Positions 1 to 12,915 of a stretch of 64,000 nt of DNA are shown one piece after another. Positions within the stretch are counted from its first letter, which is position 1. The number at the start of each line of letters is the position of its first letter. This DNA is from Mobula hypostoma (Eukaryota): the NCBI RefSeq assembly GCF_963921235.1, contig NC_086097.1, forward strand, positions 219,110,001-219,174,000. Direction: 5' to 3'. The notes under the pieces are model-generated. The model did not search any database. It was not told where the DNA came from and saw only the letters and a program-made list of their open reading frames with translations. The translations under genes were made by a program, and so were the position numbers.

Positions 1-954
1 ACTCTCTGGGACTGTACCCCTAGTGCCACTTGAACCAAAGTACCTGACCCTTTTCATGTGGCCAATCCTGCACATGCTGATGCCGCCAGCACTGAAGTGT
101 TGTCAAAATGTTTCTTCTAAGATTCCTTTAAATGTGTGTCTTTGCAGCCAAATACTGAAAAGAACTGTTCACTGTTTGTTGTAGCAAGCTCTGCAGACTT
201 TGAAAGGTGTCTGAGTAGTTGTGTCACCAGATTCCTATCCTTAGCATCATTATTTAGGCAGGCAGTTATCAGTTATTAAAATCTTCAGTGAGATTACCTT
301 ATCTCAGCAGAATGTTCCTTTAACTAGACAAAGGCAAGAAACTGTCACAATTTGTTCCTAGTTATACTCTAGACTGTTCCATGATAGTTGGAGTGTTTAG
401 CTTTAACTTACGTTGCTCAGGGGAAAAATGAGTGTTGCTTGAAAATTGATATTCTTAAGTATACATTGGATTCTTGGGAAAGGTCAGATATGGTAATGAA
501 TATTATGACTGGAAATAACTGTTTCAACTTTGTGACCCTGAATAAAAATCGCCTCCAGTTTGAATTAAAGTTAGATTACACAGTCTTGAAATAACTGGTG
601 TTGTGCAATCAAACCTGTAGGCTGTTAATTCTGTGCAATAATATAAAATCAGTGTAAAATAGAAAAATAAATGTTCTAGATACTAAATTTGTAATGGATG
701 GAAGAGAATGCTCTTTCATCAACACAAGTTTAATATCTAAATATTGTGGATTTGGTTTCATTGTGTTTCACTGCACAAAAAGCTAATTTTTACATTCCAT
801 TTCTCTCGTAATAAAGGCCATTCAGCCCAGCAAATCTATGCTAGCTCTCAGATGAATCATATTAATTGCATTCCCCTATTATTTCCCAGAAATTTCTCAC
901 ATGTCCATCAACTCCTCCCCAGTTATTCCTACCATCACACATGCTGCAGTTGGA

Positions 955-2045
955 ATTGGTTTATTATTGTTGCCTGTACTGAGATACAATGAAAAGCTTG
1001 GCTTGCATACTGTTCATACAAATCAGATGATTACACTGAGGTAGAATAAGGTAAAACCATAACCATGCACAATAAAGTGCAACAGTACAGAGGGAATGCA
1101 GTGCAGGTAAACAATAATGGGTAAGGTCATGATGAGGTAGATTGTGACATCAAGGGTCCAACTTACCACATTGTAACAGTGGGGTAGAAGCTATCACTGA
1201 CTGTGCCATAGCTGCTTTCAGTCTTTTGCATCTTCTGCCCGATGGAAGAGGGAAGAAAAGAGAATGTCTAGAGTGAGTGGGATCTTTGATTACATTGGCT
1301 GCTCTACTGAGCCTAGAGGAAGTATAGACAGAGTCCACAGAGGGTTGGCTTGTTCCCATAATGTGCTGAGCTGTGTATATAACTCTCCCCGGTTTCTTGT
1401 GGTCACACGCAGAGCAATTGCCATACCAGGGCACGGTGGTTCCAGATAGGATGCTTTCTATGGTGCATTGATAAAAATTGGTTAGGGTCAATGGGGACAC
1501 GCTAAATTTCTTTAGCCTCCTGAGGAAGCAGAGGTGTCGCCGAACTTTCTTGGCCTTGATGTCTATGTGGTTGTCCCAGGGCAGGCTGTTGATGAACTTG
1601 AAGCTCTCAATCCTCTCTACCTCAAAACCATTAATATAGACAGGAGCATGTGTACCACCCTCCTTCACGCATCTGATGATTAGCTTTCTTTTGCTGACAT
1701 TGAGGGAAAAGTTGTTGTTATAACGCTATGCCACTAAGTTCTATATCTCCTTTCTGTACTCCTATGTTTCAGTATTTGAAATACGGCCCATTACAGTGGT
1801 ATCGTCTGCAAACTTGGAGATGGAGTTATAGCAGGGTCCGGCCATGCAGTCATGAGTGTACAGGAAGTAGAGCAAAGTGCTGAGGGTGCAGCCTTGTGGG
1901 GAACCAGAGTTTAGAATAATCATGGTGGAGATGTTGCTGTCTATTCTTGCTGATCAGGAAGTCTTTTGGTCAGGAAGTCAAGAATCAGGTTACAGAGGGA
2001 GGTGTCGACTCCCAGGATTTGGGGTTCTGCATGAGTTCCTTGGAG
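955..2045 (-). mobile_element. Rex1/Babar-clade LINE, decayed 3' part
   Basis: ORF 1150-1668(-) has VERIESFKF, LCFLRRLKKF, FYQCTIESIL and DPTHSRHSLFFPLPSGRR, the typical Rex1 RT C-terminal region. Confidence 0.8.
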
Positions 2046-2051
2046 TTAGAA

Positions 2052-3228
2052 AGAAACCATAGAAACCATAGAAAAACTACAGCACAGGAACAGGCCTTTT
2101 GGCCCTTCTTGGCTGTGCTGAACCATTTTCTGCCTAGTCCCACTGACCTGCACACGGACCATATCCCTCCATACACCTCCCATCCATGTATCTGTCCAAT
2201 TTATTCTTAAATGTTAAAAAAAAGAACCTGCATTTACCAGCTTGTCTGGCAACTCATTCCACACTCCCACTACTCTCTGTGTGAAGAAGCCCCCCCACTA
2301 ATGTTCCCTTTAAACTTCCCCCCCCTCACCCCTAACCCATGTCCTCTGGTTTTTTTTCTCCCCTTGCCTCAGTGGAAAAAGCCTGCTTGCATTCACTCTA
2401 TCTATACCCATCATAATTGTATATACCTCTATCAAATCTCCCCTCATTCTTCTACGCTCCAGGGAATAAAGTCCTAACCTATTCAACCTTTCTCTGTAAC
2501 TGAGTTGTCAAGTCCCGGCAACATCCTTATAAACCTTCTCTGCACTCTTTCAACCTTATTTATATCCTTCCTGTAATTTGGTGACCAAAACTGAACACAA
2601 TACTCCAGATTTGGCCTCACCAATGCCTTATACAACCTCATCATAACATTCCAGCTCTTATACTCAATACTTTGATTAATAAAGGCCAATGTACCAAAAG
2701 CTCTCTTTATGACCCTATCTACCTGTGACGCCACTTTTAGGGAATTTTGTATCTGTATTCCCAATTCCCTCTGTTCTACTGCACTCCTCAGTGCCTTACC
2801 ATTAACCCTGTACGTTCTACCTTGGTTTGTCCTTCCAACATGCAATACCTCACACTTGTCTGTGTTAAACTCCATCTGTCATTTTTCAGCCCATTTTTCC
2901 AGCTGGTCCAAGTCCCTCTGCAGGCTCTGAAAACCTTCCTCACTGTCCACTACACCTCCAATCTTTGTATCATCAGCAAGTTTGCTGATCCAATTTACCA
3001 CATTATCATCCAGATCATTGATATAGATGACAAATAACAATGGACCCAGCACTGATCCCTGTGGCACACCACTAGTCACAGGCCTCCACTTTGAGAAGCA
3101 ATCCTCTACTACCACTCTTTGGCTTCTTCCATTGAGGCAATGTCTAATCCAATTTACCACCTCTCCATGTATACCTAGCGACTGAATTTTCCTAACTAAC
3201 CTCCTATGCGGGACCTTGTCAAAGGACC
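2052..3228 (-). mobile_element. CR1 LINE, 5'-truncated
   Basis: RT motifs [22 protein letters not shown] and YKALVRPNLEYCVQFWSP (ORFs 2879-3244 and 2483-2875). The 3' tandem tail reads agaaaccatagaaaccatag on +. Confidence 0.92.
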
Positions 3229-3900
3229 CTGTAAAGTTGTGCAAAGTTACAGTATTGAAGGTGGAGCTGTAGTCAATTTATTGTCCTTTGGTATGTAGAA
3301 TGAAATTGGGGCCAACAGAAGATGCCCAGATAATTAAAGGGAGAGAGTGTGTGAAATTTCCACACATTGGATGAAAATTGAATCTGTCTCTCTGAAGCTA
3401 CATGGCAGCAGTGATGACCTGTGCACTGCTATGCTGCCATCAATGGAGAAGGCAAAAAAACATTGCAGTTAATTTTCTGGACAAAAATAGAGTGATTCAT
3501 GTCTTTTTAACCTGTCCTGGTACATTCAAAGATTTGTTCTCAGATAGCTCTAGCTCCATCATCGCAACCTTTCAAAATTGTGCAACTTAGAATAAGAAAA
3601 AACACAAGTAATCTGCCAAAGAATATCAGTTTACACTTTTGTGCACCAAACCTTATCTTCAGTGCTCCCATCCAGACCCCCATTCTTTGTCCTCCCATAT
3701 CTATTATTATCTTCCACATTAATTAGCACACTTTTATGTTGTTAAAATAGTTATTAACATTAGTCCAGTAGCCACAATACAAATACTTTCCATCTTGATT
3801 AGTGAACATGCTGTATCTCCCCAGAAGTTGTTATGCTACATTTTCATGACATGAGTATTGAGGTCAACCTTACGGTGTTTGTTAACATGGTCCTATGAAC

Positions 3901-4550
3901 CTACTACTACTACTATTACTACGTCGACTCAGGCCTAGGGGGCCGGCATCAGGCACGATGACGGACTCCCCACTTCTCCCTCTCCCTCATCAGTGTGTTC
4001 AGTTCATCTACATTAGCCGTGCCGCTGTCTTCTAGGAGCGTGTTGACCATAGTCTTGTGAGGGCGCCCGTATGATGACTATGCTGGCCGGTAGCTTGAGG
4101 TGGCGTAGACAGTGCCCCGTTAGTTGCAGTCTTCTCACCTCGATTTTAGTGGAGAGCATCGGGAGGTTGGTATAGAGCTCAACATCCGTCATGTGCTGTT
4201 GCCAAGTCACGTCAAGAGCCATCCGGAGCATTCGTGTATAGCAACCATCTAGAGACTTTCGCATCGTCTTAGTGAGTGTCCACGTCTCGCATCCGTACGT
4301 GAAAATGGACTCTATGACTGCAATGAAAATCCTGTCTTGGGTCAGGTTGTCAGCGACTCAACCGGCACACCCCCTGGTGCACTTCGGTTAAACAGGGAGG
4401 AGGGTGTGTAGGCACCCAGCAGGACTAAAAACAAAACCTGTCAAAGGGCGGATGAACTCTTTGTGAGTCAACAGCCACCTACTGTCTGTGTGAGGAGTGC
4501 GCCCCACACAGTCTTTCATTTCGCGCCTTGTAAGGCATTATGATGACAGA
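3901..4550 (-). mobile_element. RTE/RTE-X-type LINE derivative, internally deleted, with TSD
   Basis: ORF 4013-4264(-) LDGCYTRMLRMAL...RRLQLTGHCLRH is an RTE-type C-terminus. (TAG)n tail at 3901-3921. 9-bp TSD cctatgaac at 3892-3900 and 4551-4559. Confidence 0.8.
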
Positions 4551-4907
4551 CCTATGAACATGGTAGTCATAAAATATGCAAATTTACATGTTGGCTTTAT
4601 CGGATTTTAACCCTACGGGTTACAGGGGAGTATACTTAATTAATGGATGCTTGAGTGATGAAGCTGGGTTTGAAAGAGTTTCATGCAGGTGAAGAAGAGA
4701 TCTGGAAAGGCTGATGTTTCTCAAGGAAGTACTGGTGGTATTCCTTTTTTCAAGGGGGTGTTGGAAATTCCCTGGATGTACAGTCAGGCGCTCTGAGCTA
4801 GATGGTGCCAGAGCAGCATCAGTAATGAGTAAAATCACATGAGTGCAGGTTATGAATTCCTATACTTTCTGGAAGCCTGCATTGCAGGCAAATTCCTATA
4901 TTTGGAG

Positions 4908-5005
4908 TAACACACACAAAATTCTGGTGGAACTGACCTGCTGTGTTCCTCCAGAATTTTGTGTGTGTTGCTCCGGATTCCAGCATCTGCAGAATCTTTT
5001 GTGTT
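4908..5005. repeat. Penelope-derived short palindromic repeat
   Basis: Inverted arms aacacacacaaaattctgg...ccagaattttgtgtgtgtt, followed by the ttccagcatctgcaga motif shared with other Penelope terminal-repeat copies in the window. Confidence 0.7.
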
Positions 5006-5126
5006 AAAATCCCTGTACTTGGTCTGTCTGTATCTATAGGCTAAAGGAAACAAAGCAGTTTCTCTTTAGGAATATTAAGTTACAGTGAGGTCTAATTCAG
5101 CAGTGAAGTGAGCAGTAAACTGTGGG

Positions 5127-5341
5127 ACACACATCAAAGTTGCTGGTGAACGCAGCAGGCCAGGCAGCATCTCTAGGAGGAGGTCCTGTCGACGTTTCAG
5201 GCCGAGACCTTGACAACAGGGTCTCGGCCTGAAACGTCGACAGGACCTCCTCCTAGAGATGCTGCCTGGCCTGCTGCATTCACCAGCAACTTTGATGTGT
5301 GTTGCTTGAATTTCTAGCATCTGCAGAATTCCTCGTGTTTG
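5127..5341. mobile_element. Penelope terminal-repeat fold-back insertion with 13-bp TSD
   Basis: 83-bp inverted arms at 5127-5209 and 5220-5302 (1 mismatch). TSD agtaaactgtggg at 5114-5126 and 5342-5354. Confidence 0.85.
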
Positions 5342-5903
5342 AGTAAACTGTGGGCTTTGGCAGCCTGGAATGATCCCGAGGCAAGGAAACTCAGAAGAAT
5401 CTTGATTCTCACTTCCACAAGCAAAGCATTTCGAGAATATCTGAGGGGTTGCATTAGAGATTGTGGGAAATCCCAGATGTTAGTGAGTATGATGAATAAA
5501 GCATGCTTTCTGGCAATATCTAATGCAATTTTAAGAAGAAATGGAATTAGTAGAACTTCACTCTTTGAGTAAATAAAAAAAATTCACATCAGTGGTGCTG
5601 GGACTCTCACTGTGGACAGGTTTCGTGAGTTGAATGCTATTGATATCATTTGGGAATATTAAGCTAGAATGAAACAAAAATCTCTTCAAGAAATGTGGAG
5701 ACAAATAACTCAAATCTCATTAAGATACCAAGAAATGTGTTTGTTTTCGTACTCCAATTTAACCTAATTTCCAAGTGCGATATTAATTATTGGAATATTG
5801 TGGATGTATTTCTAGGCTAACCAGTTTACCATTTTTATTTGGAATTATAGAAAGAAGAGGCTATAATATCTGCCTGTATCATCAAATGGTCAAAAATATT
5901 ACT

Positions 5904-6056
5904 ATAACACACCTATTGTAACAGGTCCTGCTGAAGGGTCTTGACCTAAACGTCGACTGTACGCTTTTCCATGGATGCTGCCTAGCCTGCTGAGTTCCTC
6001 CAGCATTTGGTGTGTGTTGCTCCGATTTCCAGCATCTGCAGATTTCTTCTTGCTTG
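5904..6056 (+). mobile_element. Penelope terminal-repeat fragment with 13-bp TSD
   Basis: Same family motif (gaagggtct...aaacgtcgact...gatgctgcct...ccagcatctgcag). TSD caaaaatattact at 5891-5903 and 6057-6069. Confidence 0.8.
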
Positions 6057-6944
6057 CAAAAATATTACTGTGTTACCTAAAGAGGCTTTAGATGCTTGCA
6101 TTTGTTTATCATACCTAACGTAGCTAAGCATTTAAAAAAGCTTTGTAGAGTAGTCAGCAATTAGAACACAAAGAAAGATACCGTATGTGTAAAAAAAAAG
6201 GTTTAATGGGAGAAAGAGAAAATCATGGATGCCAGTGGGGAAGAAAAATAAATTATATATATATGTATATAGTCAGATCACCGTGTTTTAAGTGATGTTG
6301 GCTGAGAGGGAACCATTTGTAACCACATGGAGAGCAACCTTGTCTTTTTGGAATCTTTTAATGGAATAATGAAATCTTTTAGATTTGCCTAATTAAAGGC
6401 TTGATTGAAAGAAAGCATACTCACTCAGTACATTATGATGTGCTTGGTCCTAGTTGAATTTGAAGCATACTCTCCTACTTGTGCAGCTGTCACCCATGAC
6501 TCCATGAACTCAACAAAATTAACTAGTTTAACCAAATTTTTGGTGAATCTATCTAGTTCTGTGAATGTTTGTTCCATTCCATTTATTTGGATGCAGACCA
6601 AAATGGGATGAAAACTCTAATTATCAGATATTTCGCCAGTAGAGGGAAGCACGGTGACATTTTGTAATATTCACTTACACACTAACTTTGTTTTCTTCAG
6701 CAAAACTCTTCTAAATTTAATTTACTCTTAACACATGAAACTAATGATCTTTCTGTGTGACAGTAGTCCAAATTTGTTCATTTATTTTGGCATCTCTTAA
6801 CTTCCTCTTAGGTTTTTGAACAACTTTTGAGATCAAACTGGAAATTTTCCAGGTTAGCATTGATGCTACTTGAATATTTTTCTGAATTATTAATTCAATT
6901 GATGACATTCACCATATATAATATTGTATATATCATACATAATA

Positions 6945-7526
6945 CATGTATTTAAATGCAGGGCAAATTAGAACACTATCAATACTACTACAATACCGTA
7001 AAATAGTGTATTAGTTACTAATTGTTATCAATGGGGGAATTCATTCAGTGTACCTGTATGCTGCCGTGTTCTTTTGATTTCCTTTGTAACATTCCAGACG
7101 ATTGTCAATATCTTTGCAGTTTCGAACTTGTTGAAGTTGTGAAATCATTGCATTTTCACTCCCAGCCGTTTCTTGCATCTTCAAGCCTGAATGCTTGAAA
7201 CCGCAGTGAGCAAAACAGTTTTGAATGGTCACACTGCTTATTTTACACAAACTATCAGTCAAAAATTTCACTGCTTTTTGAACACAAGCACGTGCAACTA
7301 ATGCTGTTTAAAACTGTTTGCTCCAAGCACGGTGTAGTGTCTAACAGCCACACAAATGCACTCTTCTGATGCTAGCTCGAAGCTGTGCGGCAATAGTCCC
7401 CCGCCCATTTAAGCAGCAATAATGTCCCAAACGAAGGGAATCTTGGCTATTTCCTCAAAGAGTTGGCTCAGTAAGTGGCCCTAATTGACCTGATTACCTG
7501 ATGTCCCAATTAACCGGAATCCACTA
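6945..7526 (-). mobile_element. Tigger/pogo-derived non-autonomous DNA transposon (left end missing)
   Basis: ORF 7041-7271(-) VTIQNCFAHCGF resembles the pogo/Tigger transposase C-terminus. Right TIR gtcccaattaaccggaatccact. Homologous to copies at 13390 and 28871. Confidence 0.75.
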
Positions 7527-9463
7527 TATTTAGGAAAACCTCAGTTAAAGATATAGTGTGCATCCCACAAGTGCTTTTGCATGTTATAAGATAGTAAATT
7601 TAAAGATATCCAAAAGTAAAATAAGTATTTTTCAAGGATTTCAAGATGTGAGGATTCTTCACCTACTACTGATTTAACTCTGCACAACACATATTTAATT
7701 GAGTAGGTAAGCATTTAAAAATTCTGATCCACTTTTGAAAAACTTATTTTTGGTGAATTGGGTAGCACTGTCAAACACTATCATCATTCCCCTCAAAGCC
7801 TTGCTTAGCTATTTTAGAGAATAAAATATATTTGATGTGAATTTGGAGTCACAGATTGTTATGGTACTAAAAGGCATTAAAGCACCATATGTGTTGCAGC
7901 ATTCCAGTAATTTCAGAGCTGCCACTGCTAATAATTTATTTAATTCCAGATCCATTTAATTAACTGAAGTTTAGGTTCCTCTTCTACTATGATGGGATTT
8001 TAATGAATGTTTGCAGATTATTATTAAGGGTGATTTTTAACACATTATTTGTCCTCCATTAGATATCTCATTGTGATCTTTGCAGTTCAGTAAACATATA
8101 ATCTGTAATTTAATATGAAGAACTTGAACAGCTTTTCTGCACACATTATTCTCACTGTAAAATCCACAATTGAAATTGTTCAGTGTTGCTGAGTGAGAGT
8201 AAAAGAATTTTTAAAACATACAACTGAACAAACTCTGATTCTGAAAGCGCTATTTTATGTGTGCTTAGCCTGCATGATGATACTACTGTTCCTGAATGCC
8301 ACAGACACCCCAGCTTCCATTAAAAGAATACAAATCAGATTAACTGGTGAAAACTGACAATGCCCTGGCCAGAAATTCCTTTTGGGTAGCTATACTGAGG
8401 CTAGAAGTGAGCATTGTGCCTTCTCTGCCAACTATAAAACCCGGGGCAATATGTTCTTAATATCTTTGCATCATTTCAATCTTTTTTGAGTGATTTCCAA
8501 AAAGGTTTGTACTGTAATCTGTTCATAATAAATCTAAAGCAGGTTGTTTAAGTCTTATTATGGTATTTGAAAATCAGGTGACTATTGACGGCAGGGAAGA
8601 GATTCAAAAACAGCTCTGCCAGCTTAGATTATCAGATTTGGTCAGGGAAGTTATAATTAGTTAGTAATTGATTGCGACAAATTGTATGCACTCCTCTAAA
8701 AATAGTTCTTAGTATAGCATTTTTAGTGAACCCTCCTCCACACCTCCATCTTTGATATCTGCACATGAAATGTTCTCTTTTTTCTGAAGATGTGTGTAAG
8801 TCATGTTATTGTGATGGTAGTTAGTTGGGCAGAGTAGACTAACAATATTGGCAATGGGGGGGGAAGGAGAAGAGGACGTTTGAGAGATAATGTAGTGCTG
8901 TAGATTAATGGAAAAATAATCTGCTACACCTCCCCACCCACCCTAGCTGCATAGAAAATGTCTTCTTTTCTTGAAGACGGAGAACTCTGAAGGAACTGAG
9001 AGGAGCTGACCCAAACTCTGCTCTACTCATTACCAGCCACAATTTTCCACAGGAAATTTTCCAAAAGGGATTTGTAATAAACCCCTGAAATAATGTCTGC
9101 CCTTGCTGAATAATGAAATATGTGATCGAGAGAGTTAACAATGTTACAATCTGTGCCAACATTGGGTGCTGGCTGTTCATTTGGCAAAATAATCTTTCTG
9201 TCAATTTTATTCTCTCATAAAGGTGCAGTAAGGTTGAATTTCCTGTTTTCTCATAAATTTTCTGCTATAAAGAGTAAATATGTTTAAAGTACAGTGTCTT
9301 AAATTTCCATATGTGAATCTAAATATAGTCATCATTAAAAGAAGTTATATTATTTGCAAATGTTACTGTTTAATAACTAATTTCCAAATCACATGCTTCC
9401 TACTTGTTGCATTTTCATAGATTTAACTTTCAAACAAATTGATAGGTACTCTTGAAATTTCAG

Positions 9464-9599
9464 AGGACCTGGATGATTTGAGGATGGAGGGCATTACTGA
9501 TCACGTGCCGTCTGGTAACAGGTTTAGCCAAGGTCGAAGCCTATACTCTGCAGAGCCTCAAGCCAAAGTTACACTCAACATCTGCTCGAGGTGTGCCAG
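9464..9599 (+). CDS. C8orf34: C8orf34 orthologue, internal coding exon A (136 bp, phase 1 to phase 2)
   Basis: Acceptor tttcag|AG and donor AG|gtattg. Encodes (E)[44 protein letters not shown](R), closely matching human C8orf34 as I recall it ([46 protein letters not shown]). Confidence 0.93.
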
Positions 9600-11537
9600 G
9601 TATTGTAGCACCCGTTTTGTATCCTTACTGTCGACGTATTGTTACTTGTAAAGTCACCATCTTTGATTCTCAAATATTGACATGATTATTCATTCCCTTT
9701 GGAGCAACTTTTAAGCTGCATCCAAATTTTCAGGTTTAATTTTAGCAACAAAATGCCACCTGCATATTGGCAATACACTTCAATAAAATGCCCAGCCCAC
9801 CAGTTGCTTCCTCAAAACTCATCTGTAAACTTATTAGCCCAAAATCTCCTTGCAGTTTGTAAATCTACTAGGTGCAAAATCCATACATTTTGCGTGGTAA
9901 ATTTCTAAATGAAATCAACTGCAGCGTTTTAGACCTTTCTAGTTGTGAATAATATCACATGACAGAACATTTACAAGCTCCACTCATAGAAATTCTTTGT
10001 CAGCCAGTCAAGCCATGCTCTCAAATTTTAACCAGGTGTCAAATCTTGCAGGCATTCAAAAATAATTAATTTTAATTACACCATATTTATTTTTTAATAT
10101 TATCTAATACAATAATACAATAAAATATTGGGAAATGTGGAAACAATTAAATAGATTTCTGTTAACTAATTCAACAAAAATCTCAAGAATCTTGAAGCAT
10201 TCCTTCCCTTGTCAATACTCGTTTTTGAAATGAATGCAGGTACAGAACCTATGGCAGATTTTATGGCAAACAGATTTCCTGGCATAACTACTTGGGAAAT
10301 GATGGGAGTTCTTGTCCTGCTGCTGGACTCCAGGAGAAATACATTGTCCGAGCACAACTAGGAATTAGCTGGGAAGTATCGGTCAGGAACTTCGGGAATA
10401 GTGTGTGCATATACAGGAATACTGAGCTTCCTGACAATTGAAACAAATATCCAGTCTAATATTTCTTTTGTCCAGTATTGCTAGATATCTCAGCAGTGGT
10501 AATGTCAGATCCCACAATGAAACAGACACTAAACGGTTCCAAAGACTAAAGTATGCTAATATTTAGTTCTCGGTGTCTTGACATTTTGGTTAAACTTAAT
10601 CTTTCAAAAGTTCTTTGTTGACCTCCTTTTCAAATTTATTCTTTAAGGTATGGAGTATCATCAGCAATACAGTACTTGATGTGTTCTCCCAAAAATGTCT
10701 GGGAACATTATCTAGGTCCTCTATATTCAGTACAAATGCAACCTCTTTAAATCCTCTTCCATACTCAGAATTCCTCCTCATTCTGTATTGTCAACAAAAC
10801 TGGAAATATGACCTTTGGTCCTTTCAAACAAATTGTTGACATAATTTGTGAAAAGATGGTGCCCCGGCTTGTTTTCTCTGATACCCCACTACCAATCTAA
10901 GTACGATTCATTTATTTCCAGTCTATGCCTTCAGTCCTTGAACCACTTCATAATCCATGTCAGCGTATAATCTTTCTCTCATGAATTCTAACTTGCCGAT
11001 CACCCTCCTCTCTGGGATGTTATGGAATACCTTCTGAAAGTACAAAAACACTGCATCCACTGATATTCTGTATTCTAGTTTTTTAGGCACATCATCACAG
11101 AGTTCTGGTTAATTAGTCTAAAATGATTTTCCTTTTACAAATTCATGCTGATTCTGATCAACCCTTTTATTCTTTTCAAAATATTCTGTTATTCAATCCT
11201 TCATTACAGATTCCAGCATTTCACGGGCCATTGACTTCAGACTGATAAGTAAATAGTTCCGTTTTCTTTCTTACTTCTTTCTTGAATAATGGGATTACAT
11301 TTTCAATCTTCCATTCTGCAGGCAAAATTCCAATATCTTTCAAACTTTGGGAACTGATAAGCAGAGCATCCACTATTTCTAAAGCCACCTCTTAAAGGGA
11401 TGTTTGATCATCAGGTTTCTGGATTTATCAGCTTTCATGCTCACCTATTTGTCTCATGCTACTTAAGGACTAAAACTTCACTACTTTGTTTCTTCCTCCT
11501 CTCATGATTTTTTTGTATGTTCAGCTGATTTTATATG

Positions 11538-12104
11538 TGTAACTCTCAGTTCGGCTAGCGACTTAATATAGGGGATGATAGCCCCCCCTTGGCCTGGCCA
11601 AACTTAAGAAATCTTGTTTGGGTGGATGCTGCACGATGTGTCCCCTGTTACAAATCAGTACCATGAAATAACAAACAGTACACAATATGCGATTAAACAA
11701 TTGAGTTTTATAGTTCTTATATGGTTAGTAAAAAAAAAGAAAAAGAAAAAGAGCCCATTCTCATGAAACAATGCAATATTGCAGCTCTCTGATAGGGCCG
11801 CTCGTCCACCATCGACCTCCTCTGATTGCCGCTGACCCTTGGACCCTTGCTCCAAGTCCACTCCATCCGGCGGTCTACCAACTCTCTCCATTCGCGTCTT
11901 CTCTCTTCATCTCTCCCCGGCAAAAGACCACGAATTCCCTGCCCCCAGTCACAGAAGAAAGAACGATATCCCACTCATTGGCTAACATGCCCTGTTATCT
12001 CTAGTCATAACCCAAACATTGCTGCTACAGAGAAACCATTACCTTAGCAGTGGAACATTACAGAGAAGCCATTTCATTAGCAGTGAAACCTTACGTGCGT
12101 TACA
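11538..12104. mobile_element. Solo LTR (567 bp)
   Basis: Begins TGTAAC and ends GTTACA. 4-bp TSD tatg at 11534-11537 and 12105-12108. CR1 sequence resumes on both sides. Confidence 0.8.
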
Positions 12105-12394
12105 TATGTCTTCTACTATGAAAACGCATACAAAGTAATTCTTTAATTCCTCTGCTGTTCCTTTGTCTCTTCTCCTGGTCTTAAAGTTTCTACTATTAGT
12201 TTTAATGTTTCTTGCCTGTTTTCTCTCAGATACTGTCTTGCATTTCTTCATCAATTTTTTGCTCCTTGCTTGTGAAAACTCCCAATTGTCAGGCCTCCAG
12301 GAATTTCTGACAAATTTACAGGCCTCTTCCTTGGCCTTTGGTTTCTATTGTCAACCACTGGTTGAATTTCTTCTTCTATTGGTGGAGAAAGTTA

Positions 12395-12915
12395 AAAATA
12401 ACTATTATTAATATACATGTCACCATATACAACCCTGAGATTCATTTTCTTGTGGTTGCATACTCAATAATCTTAATTGAATCAATGAATGACTGCATCA
12501 ACAGGGTGGACAACCAGTGCAATGTGCAAAAGACAACAAACTGCAAGTGTAAAAAGAAGGAAAAAATGAGGAATAATAATAATAAATAAATAAACAATAA
12601 ATATTGAGTACATGAGACGAAGAGTCCATAGGTTTTGGGAACAATTCAGTGATGGGGCAAGTGAAGTTGAGTGAAGTTATCCCTTCTGGTTCTAGAGACT
12701 GATGGCTGAGGGATAATAACTGCTCCTAAACCTGGTGGTGTGAATCCTGAGGCTACTGTACCTTCTTCCTGATGTCAGTAGCAAGAGGAGAGCATGACCT
12801 GGGTGGTGGGGGTCCCTGATGATGGATGCTGCTTTCCTGTGACAACACCCCATGCAGATGTGCTCAATGGTGGGAAGGGTTCTCTCCATGATGGACTGGG
12901 CCATATCCACTACTT
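12395..12915 (-). mobile_element. Rex1/Babar 3' fragment
   Basis: ORF 12692-12910(-) KAASIIRDPHHPGHALL...SGRRYSSL...RFRSSYYPSAI. The 3' UTR matches the copy at 46700-47335. Confidence 0.8.

Noticed and set aside
8274..8295. C box (ATGATGA) and D box (CTGA) suggesting an intronic snoRNA
   Set aside because: The boxes are only 11 nt apart with no terminal stem, far too short for a C/D snoRNA.
8905..9204. 99-aa minus-strand ORF near exon A, and ORFs at 4620-4838 and 10166-10357
   Set aside because: No recognisable domain or splice-supported structure. Lengths are compatible with chance.
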